DNA from: Tubiluchus corallicola
Taxonomy: Eukaryota > Animalia > Priapulida
NCBI GenBank assembly: GCA_030141605.1
Contig: JAQGDQ010001110.1
Span: 1 to 62,166 of the forward strand
Direction: 5' to 3'
Length of the DNA stretch: 62,166 bases
A program made the translations under genes and the position numbers. The notes beneath the pieces were generated by a model. It was not told the origin of the DNA. It did not search any database and was given only the letters and a program-made list of their open reading frames with translations. Shown one piece after another: positions 36,751-50,900 of this stretch (positions are counted from its first letter, which is position 1; each line of letters starts with the position of its first letter).

Positions 36751-36992
36751 TTATTAGTTTATCACCATTTTTAAAATAGCAAAATACATAACCAAGTGAT
36801 TTATAAATCTGTACAACATACAATAATATGACAAAGTGCAAAAGTGATTATTGATTAGTGGTGAAAGGATGAACTATGAGTAGTAGGTCCAATTCAATAT
36901 AAATTACGATATTTCTTCTATAATGAATAACGCTTTCACGTCGAGTTCACATAAATAGTTACATGCTAATTTTGAAGATCAAAGCAACTTAC

Positions 36993-37156
36993 CTGAGAAT
37001 GATGGCCTGTGAGTGGCCAGTTTCGGCCAGCTTGGCCACAGCATCTTGGACAACGGATAACAATCTGTTGCTCTTCCCCGCTGTGCTACTTAGGGTTAAT
37101 GATGAATGAATGTCATGGTACGGATTCACTGATAATAATATTGGACCTATGCGCGT
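36993..37156 (-). CDS. dachs: Dachs exon (motor)
   Basis: 164 nt, donor gtaagt; TRIGPILLSVNPYHD...ETGHSQAIILS. Confidence 0.93.
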
Positions 37157-37729
37157 CTGAAAAATATATTTAGAAAAACATTATCTTATTTCCGCGTATA
37201 ATTTAAAAACATAAATCGAACAACACTGCCAAAGAGAGTATTTGGGTCTTATTCGACATGATTCTGATTTGAGAGCATGACACACACATGTGATATTCTA
37301 GTTCAAAAACTATAGTTAATGGCTTGTCAGTCAACCACACAAAAACTTTTGACAATAATGTAATTCAAATGATAAAAGAAAATCTGGATCCACTATAACT
37401 GAGTGACTATGACTGACAGACATTTGACTTTGTCTTATTCGGCACAAGATGCCACTGGAGTCAAACATGTGTCAGATTATTAATATGTTTCATTTTCTGC
37501 TAAGATGAGTCTGGACTTCACTGCTTCTTAAAAGACTTATTTGGCTACCTACTTATTATTATTATCACAAGTCATTATCGTCACAAACGTCATCATTTCC
37601 ATTATCACAGTCATCATTATAACTAGCCGTCAACATTACCTTCGTCATAATTATCACCATTATCGTCACTATCATTGTCATCATTTAGCCTCATTACAAC
37701 CACCATTATCATGAACAGTGTCCATCATT

Positions 37730-38290
37730 AAGCTAAGTTTATTAGATGCACATAATTACATACATTTAAACAACATTAACAATGTATAATCAAATCAGAA
37801 TCTAAAAAAAAATCGAGTATGTAAGTGGGGTGCTTGAGAAGTAAATATACTCATGTAAGGCATTCAGGGTTAAAACCAGAATTATGATGGAAGATATTGG
37901 TTTAAATTGTGCATTAAAAAAGTAATCAGAGAAAGTGAGTACGCAAATGCCACAAGAAATAACTAAAGAGTGCACTAATAAGCAATCACAATTAATAGTA
38001 AATTTCAAAAACATTTTGTCAAAGTTTAATATCATTAGTTAAAGTGTTCCATAATCTTGGCCCAGTATTGGCAATGAAGTGCTTTGCCCCGTCCAATCTA
38101 AAAGAATTGATTCTGAATTCATTTGATCTTGTTGCATAGAGCCTTATGTTTAAAGATACAGGATTTATAAAAAAGCAAGAAATAGATTATTTTTTGTTTT
38201 ATACACATAAATTGCAGTGTTTAGTCTTACTAAATTGTCAACTGCTAATAGAATTGTTTATATAACAAGAGGCTCACATGATCATGCTGT
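37730..38290 (-). mobile_element. Decayed LINE 3' fragment
   Basis: Minus strand encodes FIANTGPRLWNTL, an ORF2 C-terminal motif, followed by UTR-like sequence. Confidence 0.6.
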
Positions 38291-39535
38291 GAGAATGTTG
38301 TCACCTACATCGTCACCATCATCATCATCATGTTCTCATCTTAAGGTAAATGACTTGAGAAAGGGCCCAAGTGGTATTTGATTTAAAGCACATTTATGAA
38401 GAAATGATTTACTCGAAAAAACACAGTATAAAAGAAAGCAAGTCAAATGCGTTGAAAAGAAGGACAAATCATGTTCACAACAAGGGGGTGATGACACACA
38501 GTTATTAGCGATTACCAGTCCAAATGACAAGAAAATTGAACCAAGGATGCAATGCGTAACGCAACTAGATTGTAATTGCAAAATTGTTTTAAAATGGGCA
38601 AAAATAAAAAGGCTAGCTAAAAATGGAGGTCAGTGATTTGATAATAAGACAGCAGGTATTGTTGAGGTCTGACAAGTGGTTTGACAACAAAAACTTTTGC
38701 AACTAAAAGAGAACAACGGATGCTTATGAGATGCAGGCGTAAGAGTGACAAAAATGGGGAAAAAGTTTGAGAAAGATTAGTGATTTATTTTTCTCCATAA
38801 ATTTACATTAATTTAACAATAAAATATACAAAAATTCAAATGAACATGGGAGAAAGGGTGGCGAAAAACCAAAGGTTATCGAGTCAACCACCCTTCTCAG
38901 AAAAACTAGTAAACAAAATTAGACTAATGACAGAAGAACACAACTATGAAAAATACATAAACATACATACGTACAAAAAATAAAAATACAAAAACCAGCC
39001 ACTCGTAAAGAAAAATAAAGTCAGTCATTAAAGATAATGCATGGTTCAAAACAGAAATCAGGATAAGAATAAGAAAAAGTTTGAGCATTAAAAAACATTA
39101 GTCAAAAACAAAATATTTATAGCCTAGAGAAAGGAAAACGTCTTTTGCAGAAATTTAAGAAATTATTGATTTAAAGCAACTTCGTTTTCCAGAGAAAACA
39201 ATAGCAGTCGTGACAAGCATGGTGATGACTACAGCGATAGTGGAAAATAATGATATTAATGACGACAGTTGAGATGCTCGGGGAACAGGTGCTGTCACGG
39301 TGGTGCAGGCAGTGTTGGCAATAATCCGCAATCTTGAAGGTGACAGTGGTGGTTGATGACAATGATGATGATGATGACAATGATGATTTTTTCAAAAGGC
39401 AAAGAAGAATGGATGAAAGAAGATTTTATAAAATCTTCAAAATCAGGAAGACAAAGCACAAGAAATACAAACACAGTTGATAATAAAATGATAAATGGTG
39501 GAGATTAAAATGAGTTTATAAACTGAAACGCTTAC

Positions 39536-39669
39536 ATAAAAATCTCCATTGTAGAATCTGGTCTGAAGCGCTCGAAGGATGGAGTCTTCCGTTAGAGGTC
39601 CTGACAAATGAATAAGATCATCCATCGTTGAAAACATGTTAGGCTGAAGGCAGTTTCTAATAATCACAT
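39536..39669 (-). CDS. dachs: Dachs exon: start of motor domain
   Basis: cag|AT...TAT|gtaagc, 134 nt; DVIIRNCLQPNMFSTMDDLIHLSGPLTEDSILRALQTRFYNGDFY. Confidence 0.93.
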
Positions 39670-39949
39670 CTGCAAATAGAGGTGCACCGTCTTGTTAATT
39701 ACAAAAACTTTTTGCAAATTATGTAGTTTATCAATTGCAGTATATACTTTATTAAGTTCTATGTTATTACATCGCATTATGCAATTATTTATCGTTCAAT
39801 AGTTGCATAATGATCCGCTCACACATAATGAAATAGATAATAGAATGGAACATACAGAAAAGTAACAGTTACGTAATTAGTATGATTACTGATTACTTTC
39901 CTACCTTCATTTCTCAACGGCCTGGTTTTTTTCTGCATTGGTATTGTCA

Positions 39950-40952
39950 CTTTTCACTGATATACGCATGTCTACCTTTCTTAAGGTCATGGAAAAAACA
40001 AATACAGTGAAAAGTCGCTGCAAAATGTGCTTTAAATACATTGACTATGTTATTGATTGAAAAATCGGTTAACATACACCCTTTATTGTTAGTTAATGAA
40101 TTTCTTTTTTGGCTGATACATCAAGAAAAAAGGTGTATCAGCCAAAAAAAGAAATTCATTAAATGACTATAAAGGCTATTGAAAAACGTCGACTATTTTA
40201 CCGAATGAAAAATCTGTTAAATTTTTGGCTGATACATCAATGGAAGAAGGTGTATCAGTCAAAGTGAAAAATTCATTAAATGACTATAAAGGCTATTGAA
40301 AAACGCCGACTATTTTACCGAATGAAAAATCTGTTAAATTTTTAGCTGATACATCAATGAAAGAAGGTGTATCAGTCAAAACGAGAAATTCATTAATTGA
40401 CTATAAAGACTAGTGAAAACGTCGTTTATTTTACTGAATGAAAAATCTGTTAACACACACCCTTTATTGTTAGTTAATGAATTTCTTTTTCGGCTGATAC
40501 ATCAATGAAAAAAGGTGTATCAGCCAAAAAAGAAATTCATTAAATGACTGTAAAGGCTAGTGAAAAACGTCTACTATTTTACAAAATGAAAAATTTGTTA
40601 ACACACACCCTTTATTGTTAGTTAATGAATTTCTTTTTATAAAACGAGAAATTCATTAATTGACTATAAAGGCTATTAAAAAACGTCGACTATGTTACCG
40701 ATTGAAAAATCTTCAAAAAATCTACAGATTTTTCAATCAGTGACATAATCAGCATTTTTCAATAGAGTTATAGTCAATGAATGTGTTTCTTTTCTAGGTG
40801 ATACACCTTTTTTGGTGTGAGTAAACAAATTTTTCAATCGATAACATAGTTAATATTTCGAAAGCATATGTTTTTATTTCGCAAGAGACTTTTCACTGTA
40901 CATGTCTTTTAACATGACCTTAAGAATGGGAGGCATGCGTGTCAGTCAAAGA
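39950..40952. mobile_element. About 1-kb foldback element with long inverted arms and internal palindromic tandem units
   Basis: Left CTGATATACGCATGTCTACCTTTCTTAAGGTCATG pairs with right CATGACCTTAAGAATGGGAGGCATGCGTGTCAG; internal units contain AATGAATTTCTTTTTTGGCTGATACA...TGTATCAGCCAAAAAAAGAAATTCATT. Confidence 0.8.
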
Positions 40953-41583
40953 AGTTAGTATTAGAAGAAACCTTCCCCCCACGGAGAGTTAATTAACGGG
41001 ACAAGAGGGCTCCCTATTGAAAGTTTACGAACCCTGCGCTTTTTTAAACAATAACAGCTTTATCAGGATGTGTACATGCGTTGCTCGAGTATTCAGTAAT
41101 TAGTACATTTTGTTAGAATTCGATACCTAACGCATATTTGCTTAACACCACTAAGGCTAAAACTGTCACTATTCGTTTAAATAAACTATCCACATATGTT
41201 TAGTTACTTGTCAAAACTACAGTGTGCTCGTGTGCTTAGCCTATATATTCTAATTACAAACTAGTGTCTTGTAAAGTACTTATTTAGAATAGTATTAGTG
41301 CATTCGAAAGGAGGGCAATTGGTCTTTCTTGAAGAAAATCTTTTTTTAATGAAATGTTTACAAGATGAAATGCCTGTGAGGTGCGGTACCTAGATCAATA
41401 CTAGAGTTTTAAAAGTTTGATAATTACTAAAATTAAACCACAATAATAATGATTACGGGTAAAATGTTCAGACAAACCGATTTTTAACGAAAATTCCTTT
41501 AAATTTTAAGAATGTATGAGCGAAGTTGTGAAAAATCTTTGTCATTTGACATATATTTTGTTGAAATATTTTACGACTTGCAG

Positions 41584-41955
41584 CTACATATTACAGTTGA
41601 CTTTCAGCCGCCATTTTTTACACCATAGATGTAACTTATTACAACAGATTTGCGCAGTATTACGACACTCATCAAAGTTTGTTTTAGATGCGTAAAATGC
41701 GCCATCGTCTGCGTATTTGAAGACGTCTGCCATTTTATTGGATCTTACATCATTTAGCATTTCTGAGATGAAAATTATGAATAATAGAGGTGAAAGGACA
41801 GAGCCTTGCGGGAGGCCAATATTACTGTTATACTCTTGAGAACAGAATTTACCTACACTGATAGAGAATGATCGACTCAACAAGTAGTTTTTGATTGTAG
41901 CCAAAAACTTTCCAGCAATTCCTAATTGATAGAGTTTGAAGATTAGGCCTTTGAC
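41584..41955 (-). mobile_element. Internal reverse-transcriptase fragment of a non-LTR retrotransposon
   Basis: Uninterrupted frame LIFKLYQLGIAGK...GLPQGSVLSPLLFIIFISEM...FKYADD...WCKKWRLKVN. Confidence 0.9.
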
Positions 41956-42289
41956 CTACCTTGCTTATTTTTATGAAAAAAGTGCTAATTATCAATAAAA
42001 AAAACCCTCTATGATATTATTAATAAAAAAACCTCTACGCTATCTGGTTAGAACTTGTGTAAATCTTTATGCAACAGAAAATAGACTGTGTTAGCTACTT
42101 TTAACAGTTCACTGTGGATGTTTCAAGCTTTACAGCTACATCTGACAGTATGTGGTGGAAATTTCAAGCATCTAGGTACCTTTAGCATTATAACAAATGT
42201 TTCAAGGTACAGAACAACTGGAAGAACCCGCCAAACACCATAGCAAGATGCGAGTAGAGATTGTTTAGTTATTTTTAACAGCTTCTGGT

Positions 42290-43030
42290 CATAGTTTCAA
42301 GTTATATGTTATCTTTAGTCAATGTTTCAAGTTATGTATTATCTTTGGTCAATGTTTCAAGTTATATTCTATCTTTAGTCAATGTTTCAAGTTATACTCT
42401 ATTTTTAGTCAATGTTTCAAGTTATATGTTATCTTTAGTCAATGTTTCAAGTTATATGTTATCTTTAGTCAATGTTTCAAGTTATATTATATCTTTAGTC
42501 AATGTTTCAAGTTATATGTTATCTTTAGTCAATGTTTCAAGTTATATTATATCTTTAGTCAATGTTTCAAGTTATATGTTATCTTTAGTCAATGTTTCAA
42601 GTCATATTCTATCTTTAGTCAATGTTTCAAGTCATATTCTATCTTTAGTCAATGTTTCAAGTCATATTCTATCTTTAGTCAATGTTTCAAGTTATATTCT
42701 ATCTTTAGTCAATGTTTCAAGTTATATTCTATCTTTAGTCAATGTTTCAAGTTATATTCTATCTTTAGTCAATGTTTCAAGTTATATTCTATCTTTAGTC
42801 AATGTTTCAAGTTATATGTTATCTTTAGTCAATGTTTCAAGTTATATGTTATCTTTAGTCAATGTTTCAAGTTATATGTTATCTTTAGTCAATGTTTCAA
42901 GTTATATTCTATCTTTAGTCAATGTTTCAAGTCATATTCTATCTTTAGTCAATGTTTCAAGTTATATTCAAACTTTAGTCAATGTTTCAAGTTATATTCA
43001 AACTTTAGTCAATGTTTCAAGTTATATTCA
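42290..43030. repeat. 30-bp minisatellite, about 24 copies
   Basis: Unit TTAGTCAATGTTTCAAGTTATAT(GT/TC)TATCT. Confidence 0.97.
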
Positions 43031-43232
43031 ATGCTATCTTTAATAGCTAGTGGTGGAAGTGTCAAACAATTACATTTAAGATGAGAAAACGTAAACATGA
43101 AGTATCTGGTCTAAAAATACATTTCTGTATAAATTTAATGGCTAAAAAATTTAAAGAGGGACCACCTTACAACGCTTACTCTTCTTCTCAACAGGTGATG
43201 CAACTATCTAGATATGTCACTTATTCACGTAC

Positions 43233-43364
43233 CTCGCTTCATCGTTTCTGGCACTTTATCTGTCGCTGAGAGACCCTCTTTCAATGAGCTTCTTAATGTC
43301 ACAAGTTCTGTGCTTAAACTCTTCAACTGTTCCTTCAGCAAGTCCACATCGCTGCTGTTGCCAC
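43233..43364 (-). CDS. dachs: Dachs exon: N-terminal coiled coil
   Basis: cag|GT...CGAG|gtacgt, 132 nt, phase 1-1; GNSSDVDLLKEQLKSLSTELVTLRSSLKEGLSATDKVPETMKR. Frame differs from the ORF track. Confidence 0.85.
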
Positions 43365-44040
43365 CTGCAAGAAATGTCCACATTAGACGTGACCATGCAT
43401 GCTGTCGCCGAAATTAAGCAACACTGAGGTTGGTGAGTGAGTGGATGAGTTGCACCAGCGTTCAAGGCTCAAAGCAGTTTCGTTTGACATGCCAATTCTG
43501 CCTGTTTACCTCATAGAAGATGTACTTACACTGAGACGCCTATATCAGTTAAACGCCTCATCTTAAAAGATTGGCTTTGATAATGACCTAGATTCCAGTC
43601 CAGCCACAGACATCGATATTAAGTTAATAAGCTAGAGAAAGCAAAGACTTATAAAGATTTAATGGGTTAGTTAAATGGATAATTTAAAATCATTAAGGGG
43701 CAGTTGTAATAAGACAAAGGCAAAAGGTATTTTCTTTAATTAAGGACAAATTGATTTTTTCCAAGAGGTTATGTGGCAACATTATGGAACACTCATGATC
43801 CGTGAAGCAAAATGATTTAAATGTATGAATTTCCCACACTTTTGGTATAACGTTGGAGGTGCAAAATTGCATGCGTGTGGTTTAATCCTTAAGTGTTTAA
43901 TGTCACGAATGGTAAAATAAAGTTTAATCAAAATCAGACGCACAATTTCGCTATAATAACATGGGCATAATTTCGTAGTATATAATACACGTGGGAAATA
44001 TACGCCATTTTTTCAAGACATAGGAATGGGTGTTGGAAGA

Positions 44041-44366
<326 letters not shown>

Positions 44367-45620
44367 TACTTTGACTGCTAAGGTCAGGTATCAGAACTCG
44401 GAAGAGGCACGGAGACGATGAGAGGTTAATAACAAATCAGAGGTTATTAAACGCGACGTTGCGTCTCTTTTATTTATCACTTAAGTACTGAGGGCATCGT
44501 TTATGACCTCACTAACTGTCACAGAGTCAACATAATCAAATTTCGCTTAATCTTCCATGAAAAGCTATCTGTATTCAATTGCTCATTTCGTAATCTGCGG
44601 AGCAATACGACAAAATGTACAATTTAGGTTGATAGATAGTTACAAAATACAAAGTATGTTCTTTTTTAGTGGAATACGTAATGGGACTGTATACCTGTAG
44701 GGCTAAATATAGGAAGTGCTGTCTGAACTCGAAATTATAATAACAATTCACAAATCATACTGCTAGATAACGCGATATAAAATATTGATTTTTAGTTTAA
44801 AGGAACGGACAAGTCATTTAGCACATTGGGTTTATTTTACTCTTATCACTTAGTTAGAAAAATATAACAAAGAAATTTCCAAAAAAGTTGTACATAACCC
44901 GCAAAGTTAATTCCTACTACCGCTGTAACTTGAAAGTTATGACGTAACTGGTGGACTTCGTGACTTTCCGTAAGCGCTTGCTGCTTTAACTAATTGAAAC
45001 TTCTGCAGCACTGTACTTCTATTTTTGCTTTCACAAACACGTGCAACACGCTCGTGGAATGTTTTTGCTGTTGAAAATTATGTTCGTTTGTGATGTCATC
45101 AATAGTTGGGCTAGCCCGCCGTTAATTAGGATTTTAACATATTATCCAATTATCAGAACCGCTTTTACGGTATTAATTGTGTTAAAAAGTATACTTTTTA
45201 CTGTATTTGGAAATGGGGTAATATAAGAAAAATCGTCCCGCTTTCCTTTAGCTTCTCAGAAATAGGACGTTCAAAAGGAGCGGTCGGACAAATGACCAAA
45301 AATTACAGTCATTTCCAATAACAAAGTTTTAATTGTTTGGAATGATTCACATACAACGAGGTCAGTCTGTCCTTAATTACTGGCAATAAACGAAAATGAA
45401 CACAATAAATAAATTACAATATGCGCGCGTTAACGGATATTTTACAATTGATTTCCTACTAAATAGATTGCTGGGGGGGGGGGGGGGATGCAGGTGTTCG
45501 TTTACAATCTGATCCTTGTAATTTCTGATTAACAATGCCATTTTGTGGTGAAGAGGTCTATTCGAACCCACAGTGGACGCGAAAAAGAATTTCAACTTGA
45601 AAATCGGTCAGTCAGTACTC

Positions 45621-45925
45621 TTAAAGCACAAGAAAACATTCTTCATTAAAAAAAACTTAAAAATTCGTCTAAAAATTTTCGTGCTGTATTATGGAATACA
45701 AAGCTTGCGTTAGCAGCAACGCTGTATAAAACTTTCGTTTTTTTAGTGAATCAGTGGTGCACACTGGGAAGGCGAGTCAGGAAATTTTAGCAGTTGGCGT
45801 AAAGATTTTAAATTATTAAAAATTTTCCTTTCCAACTACATAAGTCTCTCAAACAGTAACCGTAATGCTAAGTAATAAAAACTTTGCATGGGAACTCCTG
45901 TAGGAAATACATTAACATTCCAAAT
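45621..45925 (+). mobile_element. Diverged partial copy of MITE family A
   Basis: Starts TTAAAGCACAAGAAAAC; shares GTGGTGCAC...GAGTCAG...CAGTTGGCG and TACATAAGTC segments with the family. Confidence 0.6.
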
Positions 45926-46261
45926 TTCTGTAAATGAATCATTATTTGACACTGCGTAAGTGTATTTGGTATATAAAGGAGCCCTTGCAGTTTTTGTAAG
46001 TACAGATGCATACTGACCGACAAAGCAAGGTGTAGAAACGCATTTTATTGTACACTATAACCTCCCAACACGATTATTACTCAGGAATTCAGTCTAAATA
46101 ATGTGGACTTTGTACATAGTTCATGACTAAATAGAGAGAGAGAGAGAGTGAGACAAGGTTGGAAGGGTTGAAATCCCGCCAAGAATGCCAAATCCGTAAT
46201 TGATATCAAATAAGTGAGAATGATAAGACTTTCAAAATCCAAGATGGCGGCGGCTTTGTTT

Positions 46262-47130
46262 GAATAATAATAATAATAATAATAATAATCTTTTTATTTA
46301 TCTTGTAACACACGCACAGTTACAGTACAATTAATTTGGAAACAAAAATGTGAAGAAAGGTCAGCGAAAGACCAATTGGTCATCTAGTCAGCTGTCCTTT
46401 GGTTAGTCATGAACATTTTTATAGGCGCTATGCTACAGTGTATTAGTGTTAGTACTGCTTATAATAAAAATTTAATTGTTGCGAATGACATTAAATTGAT
46501 ATGCTCATAACATGTTAGTACAATTCATACACAGTAATAATAAGTGCATAATAAAAAAAATCAAACTGAAAATAACTGAAATAAAACTGAACTGAAATAA
46601 GAACTGAAACAAGAACTGAAATAAAAATCTGACAACAGAAACATAATAACAATGGCAACTAAAATAGACTTTTTAACACAAGCATAATTCTTAGACATAA
46701 GCAAGCGTATGTATAATGGAGTCATAATATATCATAATAATGTAAAAAATTACAGAGCGATTTTTGATGATCTGAGGTAAAATAAACAGGCAGATGGTTA
46801 AAGCACAAAAAACTACCTGTATGACTGCATGACGAGAATTTTGAACGGGCAATGGAAGAAAATGTCAGCACGGTTTAAATGAGGTTAATAAAGTAATGAG
46901 TTTGTTAAATCATTCGCATGATATTGCAAAAATTAACACATCGAGGCGTGAAATAGAATTTAACCCATTCGTGCGAGGCAGCCTTGAATTGACACAAAAC
47001 GTTGTACAATAAACTTGAATTGAACTGAGTTTTATTTGTACTTAAACGTATAACATATTTTGATCCATGAGTCAAGATAATGTGAGTTGCAATCCCAACT
47101 TGTTTCTTTAAAACTAGAAGGCGTATTGGA
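46262..47130 (-). mobile_element. Decayed LINE 3' end with (TTA)n tail
   Basis: (AAT)n at 46263-46289, adjacent reversed AATAAA, 3' stem-loop at about 46355-46400, then degraded ORF2-like sequence. Confidence 0.55.
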
Positions 47131-48400
47131 AAACGCTGACCAAATAAGTTTCTTGTGCTTGAATACCTATCGACGTTGTAGATACGCCTTTTTCGGGAAA
47201 AAAGACGTTCGAATTATCCAGAAAAGGATACTAGCAGGTGAACATTCGATATAAAAACATTGAAACTGCTCAGAAACAGGTAGAGAACCTGCACGATAAA
47301 CTAGAAAATACGTTAAGTACTAATTAAATCTGTACTATTAATTATGCTCATAAAATGTGGAACAGACATCTATCTGAGAAGGGTCAGTTTTAACTTTCAT
47401 TTCAACAAGCAAACTTATAATTTTAGCCATAATTTTCATACCAACGTAATAAGTTTATTATACGAACACGCAATTGCGCCATTTTCAGATAGATTATTAA
47501 TAATTTCAGAAATGTTGAGTTCATGAGGTCTTCAATGGGCACTTTTCACTGAATGGCTCTTTCTTTGAACAAACCTATTTTGCTATTTATTAATTTATTT
47601 TAGCTCGTTACTTCAGTCACAATCCATTATTCAGTATTTTATGTCCTGAAAATATTAATGCAGATATTACATTTTACTATACCTCACTTACTGTACCTTT
47701 TGAGGGAAATAACTTAAAGATATTTGTGTGTGCTTGGGAAATGAAGTAAAGCAACGCTCATCCGGACCAGCAAAATGGATTGGTGATCCCAGAAAAACTT
47801 CTTCTTGGGATCTATACTGTTCTGAGATATTTCTCTCGAGGAAGCATGTTTGCATATTCGAATTTAAGAAATCTCTGCTAGTTTTTGATGACCTAGGCTT
47901 CCGTCCAACAGAAACCACTAACAAAATTTTACTTTAATGTGGCCTTGTAAATGGGCTAACATGTACATAAAAACATTGCAGACATTGCTAAATATGATCC
48001 CACTACTTGGTACGAAACAGCCCTGGAGCCGTGAAACAGTTTGAAATAAAGCGTCGGGCAATGTGCCCTATTTCCGGTCTTTCAAAGTTCACAATGAAGC
48101 ATTAACATTGCTTATAGGTACCTGTGTCTTACTGGGTCGTCGTACAAAGAATAACAGTGACAAAAGAGCCGTCTCATAAATCAAATTTAACTGTAGCTCA
48201 CATGAAAAATGCATGTCTGTAGATTTTTCAGTATTACTTCGGGACATTTGCAATCTTTTTTGAGTTGCGCTAAATAATTATTGTATTGCTCTGGCAATTC
48301 ACGAGCGTCGCAAAAATGCTGGAGGGTTTTATGACTCTAACTATTTATATATGTCTGGGTACTGTAACCAATTGTTGTGTGGGAAGCATTGAAATTCACC

Positions 48401-48657
48401 TCACAGAAATGATCTCAGTGAACATTATAATTTGGTGTTCCACAGGGGTACAACTGTGTGCCGTAAAGGTTTAACTTATAAATAATTTAATCAGGCCATG
48501 TGCTTTGAAAAGCGTTTAAATCAAAAATCTCTCAGAAATGATCTCACTGAACATTATAATTTGGAGTTCCACAGGGGTACAACTGTGTGCCGTAAAGGTT
48601 TAACTTATAAATAATTTAACCAGGCCATGCATTTTTGAAAGCGTTTAAGTCAAAAAT
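48401..48657. repeat. 129-bp tandem duplication
   Basis: Two near-identical copies starting (TC)ACAGAAATGATCTCA. Confidence 0.92.
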
Positions 48658-50900
48658 TAAACGTAGAAAAGCAACACACCAGTTTCTCATAAGCCGTGGC
48701 GTTACCTTACAAGTGACATATAGCCATGATGAACATCTCATGCAATAAACATGATACACAGACCTCTGAAAATTTCTCAAATTAATTAATACTATCAAAG
48801 TTCTTCGTCTGTCGCGTCTTGTGCGACAAGTTCCCGCCTATAGTCACTAACAATGAAATAACACAAATCCGATTCTTTTTATATAGAAAACGGTGCTTCA
48901 ATGTAGGTCGCGAAATGCGTGTTCAGGTGTGCATGCGTGAATGTATAATTTATGTTCGCTTGTAAATGCAAGGCATAATAGTAGTACGACTATAATCCTA
49001 GAACTGAACAAAAAGCCCGAAGCGTACCTTGCATGTGTAAAAAGACACGATGAAAAGAAAACGCCATCGTATACAGGTTCGCAAGGCATACAGCAATTCC
49101 ACTATACATGCACAATTTAGATAATTGAAAAAAGCGAAAACTGGTCCTGGACATGTACAGAACGTCCAGCGAATGCACGCCAGGCAAATTGAATAATTGG
49201 ACCCTTATTAAGGCCCGAACCAGATACGTTTTTGTGGGTCCACAGTTACGGCTTTGTGTCACAAAACAATCGTCTTGCTGAGGGTACAAAATGTCTGCTG
49301 AATGGGGCGAAATGGCCTGACCGGGTGAGGGGTTTAGCGGTGACAAATAGCTTCCCAAAATCTGATGTTTCACAAATTGCTGTTTAAATCAGTTACGAGA
49401 TTTCTCACAGATGGGAAACGTTCAGACCTTCAAGAGCATATCCTAAATGAACGTGAAACCATCGCAAAGAACATTTTGCCTGGATCCTGTTCCACCCCAA
49501 AGACACCTGTGATTTTACAGGAACTCTGATTGACAAGGTAAAGTTCACGGAGTCACAAATGGGGATGAAAAACGAACTAAAAGGTGTCTAAGCCAAAAAT
49601 TGCACATGAAAAGCTATTATCAACTCAAGAGACAATAATGATGAAATGATGGTACATCAATAGCTGCGCTTGTCACTGAAGATAATCTTAGTTTCCCGCG
49701 TCTACCAGTGTAATATAATAGAAAAGATTAACAACATGGCGCAAGAAAATAGTCTTCAGTGCCTTGTAGGAATTAATGTGAAAAAGTTAAAACTGAAAAC
49801 TTGGGGTAATTTCAACGAAAGCAAACTTGGATGCTTCCCGTTTTGGGATATGAAACATCAAGGCTTTACAAAAATAAAACCTATTCTTCGTACATTATAA
49901 GGCCGTCATATAACGCAGTGGCGTCTCCATTACAGAATACATAGATATCCGTTTGTAGCTGATATTTTGCCTCCTCATAAACCGTTCCCGAAGCGATTTA
50001 TTCAGTTTTATTTTAAGTGTTTAAATAATAGGAATCACATTATTTGTTATTTTGCTCAGCAAGCTCAATATTGTTCCACTTCAATTATGGGATACAATCT
50101 CTTACCAATATGGAATTGTTTGTTCTTGTCATGAGTTTAGAATAAAAATACAGCATCTCAGTACAGATAAAAATGCTTAATATCACTGACAGTCAGCAGA
50201 CAATTATTACATTTATGAATGAAATTTTATGGAGTATAGAAAGCAAGTATTTTTATTTCTTTAGGAAGTCTGAACTATACGAAATTTTAAATTATTTGGC
50301 CATTTCTTGAGATCAAATAATAACATAATTGATGCTAAGGTTTTCTTATTATTGTTTTATTTTGCTTTAACAAATCGACAAACTTTTTTCCTTTAACAAG
50401 TACAGCATGAACTAATTTATTGTAATTCTTATATTGTGCGTTTTTTTTTGTGTATTTGTTGCACCGTATAAGTGGTATAAATAAATAAAATTATAGAAAT
50501 ATTTCTTATACCATTTCATCTCTGGCACAGAAGCTCAACAGTAATTAAAAAAGTAAAAGCTGTCGTTGAAGAAGCCGTCAATACATAGGAAACTCAAGTA
50601 TAAAAAATTAATACTTAAAAAGAAAGCATAACGGAAAGTGAAGAAGTTGAAAATCGGATTGGAATGAAGTGCAAAAGAAAGCAGATGATCCAGAAGAAAA
50701 TGAAAAATCAAATAAAAGAATTCAGTCGGCGGGAGAAGTAACTTAGAAAGAATTGGAAGAGAGCAGTGATATATAAAATGACAAATTTGAGCAGAAAGAA
50801 GAAGAAGAAAAATCAATGAAACAGAAAGGATTTGCAAATACTGTCTGGCAATCGTTTGAATTCATATTTTTCTATTTTGTCTGGAAACATTTAAACTAAC

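Noticed and set aside
42306-43043. 245-aa repetitive ORF, the longest in the track
   Set aside because: Translation of a 30-bp minisatellite, antisense within a dachs intron
45473-45487. G15 run (and C14 at 53157-53170) as functional G-quadruplex
   Set aside because: Isolated homopolymers with no other support
47688-47924. Coding first exon of dachs ending at CA|GTAAGT
   Set aside because: Donors are phase 0 or 2 in the open frame and the phase-1 frame has a stop, so it cannot join the 43364 acceptor as coding; a non-coding exon is not excluded
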